From NCBI GenBank assembly GCA_963822585.1, contig CAWGIE010000026.1, forward strand, positions 160,001 to 224,000: 64,000 nt of DNA, written 5' to 3'. This stretch comes from an uncultured bacterium. GTDB lineage: Bacteria > Auribacterota > Erginobacteria > Erginobacterales > Erginobacteraceae. Within the stretch, counting starts at the first letter, position 1. Every line of letters begins with the position of its first letter. This document shows positions 1-9,793 of this stretch, one piece after another. Both the position numbers and the translations under genes were made by a program. Under the pieces are notes generated by a model. That model worked only from the letters and a program-made list of their open reading frames with translations, did no database searches and was not told the origin of the DNA.

Positions 1-20
1 CAGAATGCCTCCGGCATTCT

Positions 21-155
21 TTGTAGGAAATGTTGGATCGCTCCTGCCTACCGGCAGTCGCTTGCAGTTCGGCAAGTCTGGCCGTAGGCGAGGCGATACT
101 ACATTTCCTACAACTCCTCTAACTCCTGTGGCGAAAGCGGAAGGACGATACTGCA
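21..155. repeat. Dispersed ~130-bp MITE-like repeat, copy 1
   Basis: Shares ggatcgct...cggcaag..ggc.aggcgatactacatttcctacaactcct...gaaggacgat.ct.ca with 24942-25110 and 62602-62730. Confidence 0.8.
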
Positions 156-156
156 C

Positions 157-450
157 TTACGTTTTATCGCTTCCCTTTTTGCTCAGCTTCTTCTCCAGCG
201 CCTTGAGGTCGTCCTTGGTGGCCACGTTCAGCCGGGCCAGCGTGTCCTTAATGATCTGGTCGATCCTTTTATCCAGCGCCTTTTTGGCCTCTTCCGACTT
301 TTTCGCCAGGTCATCGACCAGGTCCTTGCCTTCTTTCTCGGAAAGTTCCCCCTTTTTGACCAGTTCCCGGGAGACCTCTTCCATCTTCTCCTTGGTCAGG
401 GAGGCCAAACCGAGCCCCATGTACATGGTCTTCTTGATCAAATCGATCAT
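157..450 (-). CDS. Phasin-like / PHA granule-associated small protein
   Basis: 97 aa; MIDLIKKTMYMGLGLASLTKEK...ELVKKGELSEKEGK...ATKDDLKALEKKL pattern; AGGAGG RBS upstream. Confidence 0.75.
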   Translation of the reverse strand: MIDLIKKTMYMGLGLASLTKEKMEEVSRELVKKGELSEKEGKDLVDDLAKKSEEAKKALDKRIDQIIKDTLARLNVATKDDLKALEKKLSKKGSDKT

Positions 451-698
451 ACAGTTCCTCCTTTTTAATTCAATGGCCGTAAAAAAAGGCCATTACATTG
501 ACATATGATAGTATACTTTACTGATGAGAAGAAAGAAATAGTTCATTTCCCGGCTCCTCCTCTTGATCTGGGAAGGGGTGGGAAATGAAGGGATTGCTAT
601 CTCCATATACTTCTGCTAAAGATATCCTTATTTCCCCGCGGAAAAAATAAACAGGCAGGCATTAAGAGGATGGTGCAGGGAAATTCAAAAATTAATTC

Positions 699-1979
699 GT
701 GGAATTCGCGAAATTCGTAGTTTTATTTAATCGCCCGAGTGAAGAGAGGGCCGGATTCTTGATCAAGAGAAGATTAGTAACAATTGCTTTGCTGTCCGGA
801 CTGTTCTGTCTTCTCTGCGGCGGGGTATTCGGTATCGAGATCACCAGTTACTACAGCCCCCGCAACCGGGAGCGCCCCCTCCGCGCTTCCACCGAATACA
901 TCATCCTGCATACGACCGAGGGCCCCGCTCGCGGTTCGCTCCGGAAGGTCAGAGAAAACGGGGAGACTCATTACTTCGTCGATACCGACGGGCACATTTA
1001 CCGGATTATCCATAAAGACCGGGTCGCTTTCCACGCCGGCCGGTCCATGTGGCAGGGAAAAACAAACCTTGATAATTACTCGATCGGGATCGAGGTGGTC
1101 GGCTATCATAACAAGGACATCACCGCCGCCCAATACCGGGCGCTCGCTGAACTTCTTCAGCAGCTGCAAACCGTCTATAAGATTCCTGACGAGCGTGTGC
1201 TCTGTCACTCGATGATCGCTTACGGGTCGCCCAACCTCTGGCATAAAAGGTCGCACCGGGGGCGGAAAAGATGCGGGATGCTTTTCGGACGGGAAAGTGT
1301 CCGGAAAAAGATCGGTCTGAACAGCAAACCAAGGTACGATCCGGATGTAAAAGCGGGCCGGCTGGCCGTTGGAGATCCGGCCCTGGCCAGGGTCCTTTAC
1401 GGCCGCGACCGGGAGGCGGCCTCCGCTGCCGCCCATTTCACGTCGGATACCGCCGACATTATCGCTTCCGGTCGAACCGCCTGGGACATCGCCCGGGATC
1501 GCTACAACAGTCAGGACGTCGTATACCGTTTCCCGGACGGGAGAGAGCTCCGGGGGGACCGGATCACGGACTGGAAAAACATCCCCGTCGGGACCCGGGT
1601 TGTCCTGGGAGATAACCCGGCCGAAAACGAGGCCGATAATATCAAAATGATCGGCCGTGATGGGAAGAACGCCCGGGAGATCGCCGGCGACGAATACGAT
1701 ACCAAGACCACCATCTATTTTCTACCCGACGGACGCATCAGACGGGGAGACGAGCTGAAGGTTTCCGAAATAACGGCCCTCCCGGAAAAAACCCGGATGC
1801 TGGTGGGATACATAGACGGAGGCTATGTCACGGCCGGGAGAAGCGCCTTCGATATCTGCGGTCCTCGCTGGAAACTGCCCGATACCTTCTTCCGTCTGCC
1901 CGATCAGTCAATCGTCTCCGGGAGAGATATCGCGGAGTGTTCGATACCCAAAATGTCCCGGGTGTTCTTTAGGAATTAA
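699..1979 (+). CDS. N-acetylmuramoyl-L-alanine amidase (Amidase_2/AmpD type) with three C-terminal repeats
   Basis: IILHTT, THYFV, AFHAG, NYSIGIEVVG, CHS and KRCG motifs; hydrophobic N-terminus; true start may be TTG near 759. Confidence 0.85.
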   Translation: MEFAKFVVLFNRPSEERAGFLIKRRLVTIALLSGLFCLLCGGVFGIEITSYYSPRNRERPLRASTEYIILHTTEGPARGSLRKVRENGETHYFVDTDGHIYRIIHKDRVAFHAGRSMWQGKTNLDNYSIGIEVVGYHNKDITAAQYRALAELLQQLQTVYKIPDERVLCHSMIAYGSPNLWHKRSHRGRKRCGMLFGRESVRKKIGLNSKPRYDPDVKAGRLAVGDPALARVLYGRDREAASAAAHFTSDTADIIASGRTAWDIARDRYNSQDVVYRFPDGRELRGDRITDWKNIPVGTRVVLGDNPAENEADNIKMIGRDGKNAREIAGDEYDTKTTIYFLPDGRIRRGDELKVSEITALPEKTRMLVGYIDGGYVTAGRSAFDICGPRWKLPDTFFRLPDQSIVSGRDIAECSIPKMSRVFFRN

Positions 1980-2034
1980 AAGTGGAGTATTCAGATGATA
2001 TTATAAATGTTTTAAAACCAGAGGGAGATAAATA

Positions 2035-2110
2035 GGGAGTATTGGAGTAGTGGAATAATGGTGTATTTACCGGTGCCGAAGCCGCCGGTCCATTACTCCA
2101 TCACTCCAGT
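2035..2110. repeat. Palindrome with 8-mer arms (ggagtatt / attactcc), family A
   Basis: Similar copies at ~3393-3485, 15550-15635, 17905-17990, 18960-19042, 40430-40522, 54990-55080, 58203-58295. Confidence 0.8.
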
Positions 2111-2121
2111 TATTCGCCGTC

Positions 2122-3330
2122 ATGATCACGAAAGAATTCATCCGGGAGCTTCCCAAGAGCGACCTGCACGTCCACCTGGACGGTTCTCTCCGGGTAAATA
2201 CCCTGATTGAGATCGCCCGACAGGAGAAGTTCGCGCTCCCTTCCTATACCGAGGAAGGGCTCAACGAAACCGTTTATAAGAGCCATTACGGCAGCCTCGA
2301 AGAATATCTGACCGGCTTTCAGTACACCGTCCGGGCCATGCAGACCCCGGAAAATCTGGAAAGGATCGCCTATGAGTTCGCCCGGGATAACCAGGCTGAA
2401 GGGGTGCGCTATGTTGAGGTACGGTTCGCCCCCCAGCTGCATATGAGCAGCCGACTTCACCTGGACAGGATCATGAGCAGTGTCAATGACGGCCTGGCCC
2501 GGGCGGAGAAGGAGTTCAACCGGCGCCCGGAGGTCGCGGACCGGGGGATGCCTCCTTTCCGTTACGGTATTATCGCCTGCGCCCTGCGGTCGTTCGGGGA
2601 AATGTCGGATTATTACCGGGTTTTTTTGGAGGCCCATCCCTTCTCGGACAAGAGGCGGAGCTTCGGGTTGGCTTCCTACGAACTGGTCCAGGGGCTGGTC
2701 CAGGCCCGGGACCGGCTGGGTCTCCCTATCGTCGGTTTCGACCTGGCCGGGCCGGAATACGGGTTCCCGGCCGATGATCACTGGAAAGCGTTCCAGTTCG
2801 CCCAGAAGAACTTCCTGCACAAAACCGTGCACGCCGGGGAAGCATACGGTCCGGAGTCCATCTTTCAGGCCATCACCGATCTCTACGCGGAGCGGATCGG
2901 GCACGGGTATTACCTTTTTGACGAGAGCAAGATCACCAGCCCCGAGATCAAGGACAAGAAGAAATACATCCGCGATCTCAGCCGGTTTATCGCCGATAAA
3001 AGGATCACCATCGAAGTCTGTCTGACCAGCAATCTGCAAACAAATCCCACGATCGGGGATATCCACAATCACCAGTTTAAAAAGATGAGGGAAGCCCGGC
3101 TGAGCACCACCTTCTGCACCGATAACCGGCTGGTGAGCAAGACCACCGTCAGCCGTGAGATCGGTCTCGCCGTTGACGCTTTCGGGATCAATGCCAAGGA
3201 ACTGAAGGACCATATCATCTACGGTTTCAAGCGGTGTTTTTATCCGGGAGAATATTCCGAAAAGCGCAGGTATGTCCGCTCGGTCATCGATTATTATGAG
3301 CAACTGGAGCGGAAACACGGATTAGCTTGA
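2122..3330 (+). CDS. Adenosine deaminase family protein
   Basis: LPKSDLHVHLDGS, YVEVRFAP, GFDLAG, VHAGE, RIGHG, CTDN motifs. Confidence 0.9.
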   Translation: MITKEFIRELPKSDLHVHLDGSLRVNTLIEIARQEKFALPSYTEEGLNETVYKSHYGSLEEYLTGFQYTVRAMQTPENLERIAYEFARDNQAEGVRYVEVRFAPQLHMSSRLHLDRIMSSVNDGLARAEKEFNRRPEVADRGMPPFRYGIIACALRSFGEMSDYYRVFLEAHPFSDKRRSFGLASYELVQGLVQARDRLGLPIVGFDLAGPEYGFPADDHWKAFQFAQKNFLHKTVHAGEAYGPESIFQAITDLYAERIGHGYYLFDESKITSPEIKDKKKYIRDLSRFIADKRITIEVCLTSNLQTNPTIGDIHNHQFKKMREARLSTTFCTDNRLVSKTTVSREIGLAVDAFGINAKELKDHIIYGFKRCFYPGEYSEKRRYVRSVIDYYEQLERKHGLA

Positions 3331-3534
3331 GTGGTCAGGCTGACGTTGCCGGCATGAGATGTGATCAGGCAAGACGCGAGGGTAAAGAGTCACGGAGTAA
3401 TGGAACGATGGAGTAACGGCATATTGGGGGCGGGGAGGGCCGCGGTTTTCCCAACACTCCAGTACGCCACCACTCCAATACTCCTTCAGGCTGAATAGGC
3501 TTAGGTCGAAACGCTTATGCACGTCGGGTTATAA

Positions 3535-4857
3535 TTGTTCATGAACATACGGATTCTCTGCATCGGCGATCTTCATCTCGGCCGGCGGAGTTCGCGTCTG
3601 CCGGACGGGCTCGACGGCTACGGCATCTCTCCCTCGGATCTGACGCCGGCCGCGACCTGGCGATCCGCCGTGAACTGGGCGGTCGAGCACAAACCCGACC
3701 TGGCCGTTCTCACCGGAGATGTCATCGAGGCCGAAGAAGACCGGTTCGAGGCTTACGGGCATTTGAAATGGGGGATCGCAACCCTTCTCGAGTCCGGCAT
3801 CCCGGTCTTCGCCGTCGCCGGGAACCATGATTGGGACGCGCTCCCCCGTCTCGCCGGACAGCTCCCGGCCTTCCGGCTGGTGGGCCGGGGCGGAAACTGG
3901 GAAACGGTGACGCATGAACTGGCGGACGGCTCCCGGCTCGGGATCGTCGGCTGGTCTTTTCCGGAACGCTACTGCCGGGAAAATCCTCTGCGGCAGATCT
4001 CTTTTTCCCGGGAACCGGGGCTGCCGACCCTGGGCCTGCTCCACTGCGATCTCGACGCCGCCGGCAGCCTGTTCGCCCCCGTCCCCCGCCGCGACCTGGA
4101 AACCGTCCCTGTCGACGCCTGGCTGCTGGGACATATCCATAAACCCTCTCCGCTCTCCGGACCCCGGCCGATCGGGTACCTCGGATCTCTCGCCGGCCTT
4201 GACCCGGGGGAGCCGGGGGCCCATGGTCCCTGGCTGGCAACCGTTAACGGCCCCGGGGACATCTCGATCGGACAGATCCCTCTGGCCCGGTTGCGCTGGG
4301 AAAATGAGGAGATCGGAATCGGACTCCTCGAGGGCGAAGATCCGCAGGACCTCAAGGATTCATTCTTCCGCCTGATCCGGGAAGCGATCGGCCGTATTCA
4401 TGCCCGGGTCGCCGCCGGTTCCCTACTTCCCCGCGTGGTCGGTTGCCGATTTCATCTGACCGGCCGCTCCCCGTTGCATCATCAGTTGAGAAGTGTGTAT
4501 CCCGACTTCGTCTCTTACCAGGAGCCATCCGGCGGTGTGCACTATTTCATCGAGAAGTTCATCGACGAGGCCGGACCGGGACTCAATCTGACCGACCTGG
4601 CCCGGGGAAACGATCCTCCATCCCTTCTCGCCCGATTTCTGGTCGATCTAACCGAGAAAAAGGGCCGGGATGGAGACCTCATCCTGGCTTATCGTGACGC
4701 CGTTTCCCGCACAGTGGCTGATCCGCGGTGGAGCCGGCTGGGGAAAAAGGACCTCCCGGATGAAGAAAAAATCCGGCAGCTTCTGCTGGAGGCCGGCTAT
4801 CGGGCCCTGGAAGAACTCCTGGCTCAGCCGGAGCGGGCAAGGGGAGGGGGGCGGTAA
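3535..4857 (+). CDS. SbcD/Mre11-like metallophosphoesterase (YhaO type)
   Basis: GDLHLG, TGD, GNHD, LHC, LGHIH motifs; stop overlaps start of next gene. Confidence 0.88.
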   Translation: MFMNIRILCIGDLHLGRRSSRLPDGLDGYGISPSDLTPAATWRSAVNWAVEHKPDLAVLTGDVIEAEEDRFEAYGHLKWGIATLLESGIPVFAVAGNHDWDALPRLAGQLPAFRLVGRGGNWETVTHELADGSRLGIVGWSFPERYCRENPLRQISFSREPGLPTLGLLHCDLDAAGSLFAPVPRRDLETVPVDAWLLGHIHKPSPLSGPRPIGYLGSLAGLDPGEPGAHGPWLATVNGPGDISIGQIPLARLRWENEEIGIGLLEGEDPQDLKDSFFRLIREAIGRIHARVAAGSLLPRVVGCRFHLTGRSPLHHQLRSVYPDFVSYQEPSGGVHYFIEKFIDEAGPGLNLTDLARGNDPPSLLARFLVDLTEKKGRDGDLILAYRDAVSRTVADPRWSRLGKKDLPDEEKIRQLLLEAGYRALEELLAQPERARGGGR

Positions 4858-7800
4858 TGGAGATCACCCGGATCACCGTCTTCCGGCTCCCGGGGATCGA
4901 ACATCCGTTCGAGGTTACCCCGATCGAGACCGGCTTCAACGTCATCCAGGGGCCGAACGGTTCGGGCAAGACGTCTCTCTGCCGGGCCGTCCGTCGGGTC
5001 CTCTGGCCCGAACGCGACCCGGGCCGAACCCGGGTCAGAATTTCCTGGCTTGACGACGGGGCGAAGCTTACCTCGGAACTCGAGGGTGGCGTCAGCTGGC
5101 AGCGGGACGGTAAAGATATTCCCGCGCCCGAGTTCCCCCCCCGCACCTGGCCCGCTGCTACACCATCTCCCTGCGGGACCTCCTCGACGAGAAACATCCC
5201 ACCGATCTGGAACTGGCCGACGAGATCATGATCAAAATGGCCGGTGGCTACGATCTCCCCGCGGTTCGCGAACTCTTCCGTTTGAAAAGCGGCCACGGCC
5301 AGAAAGAAGCGGGGGTCAGGGCGGCGGCCGAAACCGATTTCAACCGCCTCCAGAATGAACGGAGGGGACTTGCTGATGAAGAGGATCGTCTGAACTTACT
5401 GGAGGAGAAGAGGGAGAAGGCCCGCCGCGCGGCTCAGGAGCGGGAAATACTCCAGAAAGCCCGGGATCTGGCTCTGAAGAAAGAGGAAGAGGCCGCCCGC
5501 TTGGCGGTTCTCGCCGGCTTCCCGGAAGGGATGGAGAAGCTCAGGGGCGACGAAGAGGAGCGGATCGGGGAATTGGAAGCCGAGATCAGTCATCTGGAGG
5601 AAGAAGTGAGGGGGTATCGCCGGGGCATCGAGGATGCGCGGGCCGATCTGGCGGCGGCCGCCTTGCCCGAGGGACCGGTGGAGGCGGGCATCCTCGATAC
5701 CTGGGACGAGCGCGTCCGGGCACTGGCCGACCTGGACCAGGAACAAAGAACGCTCGAGAAGACGCGTGTCGAGGCGGGGCGGTTGGCGGCGGAAGCGGCG
5801 AACAAACTCGGCGCCACCGAGCCGGCCGCCGTATCTCTTTCCCCGGAAGACGGTTTGTTGGCCCGGGCGGACTCCTGGTTCAGAAAAGCAGTCCGGGTCC
5901 GCGCTCGCCGCGAGGAACTGGAAGCAAAGCTGACCGCGCTTACCCCGAAGGCTGAGATCGATCAGGCGGCGATCGACCGGGTGCGGCGCGCGGCCGACCT
6001 CCTCCGGGACTGGCTGAGCGCTCCGGCCGTTCCCGGAACTCTCGGCCGGGGAAGCCGCCTGCTGCTGCCGGTGGCGGTGATCACGATTCTTGCCGGAGCC
6101 TTCCTGGCCCTGTCGGTCGACCCCTGGTTTTCTCTTCTGGGGGGGATCGGCCTGGGGCTGCTGGCCGTCCGCCTGGCTGGCTCCGGTCCCGGCACTGCCG
6201 AGCAGGGATCTTTCCGGGAGCGATATCGGGAACTCCGTATCCCCCCTCCGGCAGGCTGGAGCCGCCATGAAGTCCGACTGAGACTACAGGAGTTGGAAGA
6301 GGAACTCCGGAGGAAAGAGAAAGATCTGGAAGATGCCCATGCCGGCGCCCGGGTTCGACACGCCCTCGAAAACCTTGCCGGGGATGAAGAATCCCTGAAA
6401 AGTGAAAAGGAGGAGATCTGCCGGTCCACCGGGGTCGATCCCGGAGCTTCCGAGATGGAGATCGTCGACTTCGTCGATCGTCTCCGGGCGTATCGCGAAG
6501 CCGCGAGCCGGCGGACTTCGGTCGAGGCGGGGTATGAAACGGTTTTAGCCGGATACCGTGCCGAACTGAAAAAGATCGGAGATTTTCTCGGCGGTAAACT
6601 GGGAGAGAGACCGGATGATTCTATCGAAGCTCGGTCTTTCCTGGCCCGGCTCAAGAACCGGAGTGATCGAATCCGGAACACTGAATCGCGGATCAGGACC
6701 CTGGAGCAAGAGATCGCCTCCCGGGAGGAGGCCCAGGGCAGGCAACATGACCGGATCAGTGATATCTTTCGCAACGCCGGTATCGATCCGGGCGTGTCCG
6801 GTGGCGCCCGGCTGTTGCTGGCCCGGCGGCTCGGCCGGCGCGAGGAATTTCAAAAAGAGAGTGAAAGGTTGCGCTCGGTCAGGGGCCGGATCGCCGAACT
6901 CTCGGCCGGACTTCGGGGTTATCCCCGGTTACTCGCTCTGGCCCCGGAAGAAGCGGAACGAATGCTGAAGGCGGCGGGAGAAAAAGCGGGGGAGTGGGAG
7001 GCCGTTGTCAGGGAGATAGAGCAGGTGCAGAACCGGGTCGAAGATGCCCTCCGGAGCGACGTCGTTGAGCGCGCGCTGGAGGAACTCGAGGCGGCCGCCG
7101 TCAGCCTGGAAGAGAGATATGACGAGGCGCTTGCCGCCGCCGCCGGTGAACTGCTTCTGTCCCGGGTTGAAGAAGAGTACGAGAAGAAGAGCCGCCCGGC
7201 CGTCCTGGACCGGGCCGCGCGTTGGTTCTCCGCCTTCACCCGGGCGCGATACGATCTCCAGATCGGCGGCGATCCGGGAACGCCCGCCTTCCGCGCCCGG
7301 GATACGAGCACCGGCCTCGGGATCGGCCTGGCCGAACTCTCCGATGGGACCAGGGTCCAGCTGCTGCTGGCCGCCCGACTTGCCTTCGCCACCCAGGCAG
7401 AGGCGGGAAAAACCCTTCCCGTCTTCCTGGACGAAGCGCTCACCACCTCCGACCCCGAACGTTTTCGGGCGGTCATCGAGAGCCTGCTGCTCCTGACCGG
7501 CGAGGGGCGTCAGATCGTTTATCTTACCGCCAATCCTTCCGACGCCGCTTTCATTGACGCGATTTGCCGCGAGCGTAAAGCCCCCTCGCCGAACCTTCTT
7601 GATCTGGGGCGCCTGAGAAAGTTCTCTCCCGCGGGTTCCGATCGAATCCAGCCGTCCCCCCCCGGACCGGAGCGGATCCCAGCCCCTGAAGACAGAAGCC
7701 CCGAGGATTATGCCGCTCTACTGGGAGTACCGCCGCTGGAGTCGGGCCGGCCCGTCACCGCCGCCCATCTCTTCTACCTCCTTTACGACAACCTGCCTCT

Positions 7801-8347
7801 GTTGTATATTATTATGAAGAGTACGGGGGCAGCCACGGTGGGGCAATGGATGGCCCTGGCCAGGAGTGGAGGGGATTTTCCGGAAATAGGAGGGGAAGAC
7901 CGGGGTCTGATTGAAGATCGGGGCGCCCTCCTCGATCTCTTCCTGGCACAGTACTCGATCGGCCGGGGCAAACCTCTCGACAGGGAAGTCCTGGAGAAGA
8001 GTGGGGCGGTCAGCCCCCGGTACCTGGACGATTTCACGGAGATGGCCAGAGAACTGGGGAATGATGCGCGGGCCTTTATGAAGTGCCTGGAAGAGGGAGG
8101 CGATCCCCGTACCGGAGGTTTCCTGAAGAAGAAAAAAGAAGCGCTTTCTCGTTTTCTGGAAGAAAATGAATGTATCGATCGGCGGGAACGTCTAACAAGA
8201 GAGGAGATAATTGCCGCTGCTCTCGACCGGCCGGAGTTGAGCGAGCGGCTGTCGCCTGAAGAAATAACAGCCCGGATTACCGAATTCTGGGACCGATTAA
8301 CAAAAAAACCAACACGATTAACCAGATTCATTCATGAGTCGGGTTAA
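4857..8347 (+). CDS. SMC/Rad50-like coiled-coil ATPase (YhaN type), frameshifted at the C8 run 5135-5142
   Basis: Walker A GPNGSGKT in ORF 4857-5231; coiled coils, TM pair, LSDGT signature and VFLDE Walker B in ORF 5228-8347; one extra C joins the frames (...EFPPPHLARCYTISLRDLL...). Confidence 0.8.
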
Positions 8348-8355
8348 AGGAGGAG

Positions 8356-9219
8356 ATGATGAGCAGATATCTTATGATCGGGACAGTATTATTCTGGATG
8401 TTCAGCGGCATTGCCGCCGGGCAGGGGTATGGGACCGCCCCCGCCGCGCCGGGAAGCTCCTCCTCGGAGGATGGACTGACGCCGGCGGGGAGGGAACTGC
8501 TGGCCAAAGAGAGGATCTCCCCGGCTGCGACTCCGTTGGTTCAGGGTTCCGCCGGTCAGGCAGAGCAGCCGGCGGAGAAGACCCTGATGTACGGGGTTGC
8601 GGCCGGTGGACAGGGCCAGGCCGCCAATCCGAATCTTCTCTACCAGGCGGGATCCCAGAGCCAGCCGGAGACTTCGCAGGAGAGTAACCAGCAGCTACTC
8701 TACGGCGTGGGGACCGCAAACCAGAATCAGGGGACTGTCCAGCAGGGAACCACCACCTTCCAGCAGGGCGGACGGACTGTCGGAAGGGCGCAGACGTCGG
8801 GGGAGACCACCACCATCTACGGCCAGAACGGCCGCAGCGCGGGGAGGATACAGGAGCAGGGCAACACCACCACGATGTACGGCGCCAACGGGCGGACGAC
8901 CGGGAGGGTCCAGCAATCGGGAGGCACCAGCGTGATCTACGGTCAGGACGGCCGTGCCATCGGGAGGACCCAGGAGTCGGGGGGCACCACTCTTCTCTAC
9001 GGGCAGGACGGCAAAAGCATCGGGAGAACCCAGACCTCGGGGGGGACGACAAATCTCTATGACGAGAAGGGGAGGGCGTCAGGAAGGGTCGTCACACAGG
9101 GGGATACCACCATCTATTACGGCCCGGACGGTCGGGTGCAGGGAAAAACGGTGAAGCGGGGAAAAACCACTTACCACTACGATGCCAATGGCCGTCAGAC
9201 GGGGACCTCACAGGAGTAG
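8356..9219 (+). CDS. Secreted protein with ~8 x 20-aa beta-hairpin repeats
   Basis: Signal peptide; AAGGAGG RBS; repeats TTxxYGxxGRxxGRxQxSG with 60-bp periodicity. Confidence 0.8.
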   Translation: MMSRYLMIGTVLFWMFSGIAAGQGYGTAPAAPGSSSSEDGLTPAGRELLAKERISPAATPLVQGSAGQAEQPAEKTLMYGVAAGGQGQAANPNLLYQAGSQSQPETSQESNQQLLYGVGTANQNQGTVQQGTTTFQQGGRTVGRAQTSGETTTIYGQNGRSAGRIQEQGNTTTMYGANGRTTGRVQQSGGTSVIYGQDGRAIGRTQESGGTTLLYGQDGKSIGRTQTSGGTTNLYDEKGRASGRVVTQGDTTIYYGPDGRVQGKTVKRGKTTYHYDANGRQTGTSQE

Positions 9220-9246
9220 GGAGAAAACCGTTCAAAACGGTTACAA

Positions 9247-9662
9247 TCGGGCCGCCGGAATTTTCCGTCAGAGGCGGATGCGCCTCTGGCGCAGAACTCC
9301 CCGGATTAATCGGGGGTCTTAATCGATTAATCGGGGCGCCGGGATTTTCCGCCGGAGGCGGATGCGCCTCCGGCGCAGAACCCCACAGTCACTAAGTACT
9401 GAAATTATGCCTCAATCGGGGCGCCGGGATTCTCCGCCAGAGGCGGATGCGCCTCTGGCGCAGAACCCATCATGTATAGTAAACAATGTTCCCTCATCGG
9501 GGCGGGCGGATTCTCCGCCGGAGGCGGATGCGCCTCCGGCGCAGAACCTCATAGTCACTAAGTATTGAAATTATGCCTCAATCGGGGCGCCGGGATTCTC
9601 CGCCAGAGGCGGATGCGCCTCTGGCGCAGAACCCATCATGTATAGTAAACAATGTTCCCTCA
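9247..9662 (-). repeat. Array of five tRNA-Pro 3'-end copies, each interrupted by a 30-bp double hairpin
   Basis: Units start at 9247, 9331, 9416, 9497, 9582 (spacing 84/85/81/85, then 81 to the tRNA); 166-bp higher-order duplication. Confidence 0.85.
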
Positions 9663-9737
9663 TCGGGGCGGGCGGATTCGAACCGCCGACCTCCTGCTCC
9701 CAAAGCAGGCGCGCTAGCCGGGCTGCGCTACGCCCCG
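9663..9737 (-). tRNA. tRNA-Pro (TGG)
   Basis: Reverse complement CGGGGCGTAGCGCAGCCCGGCTAGCGCGCCTGCTTTGGGAGCAGGAGGTCGGCGGTTCGAATCCGCCCGCCCCGA; cloverleaf with TGG anticodon; CCA not encoded. Confidence 0.95.
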
Positions 9738-9793
9738 AGAAAACAGGGATAAGAAATAAGGGATAAGGGATAAGGAGCGGGTTGTCAAGAGGA

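Noticed and set aside
2122..8347. Bona fide RADAR system
   Set aside because: The ATPase is SMC/ABC-type rather than RdrA-like and the deaminase is of ordinary size; kept only as a weak hypothesis
9247..9662. CRISPR array
   Set aside because: Repeats are tRNA-derived and ~52 bp, spacers are duplicated, and there are no cas genes in the window
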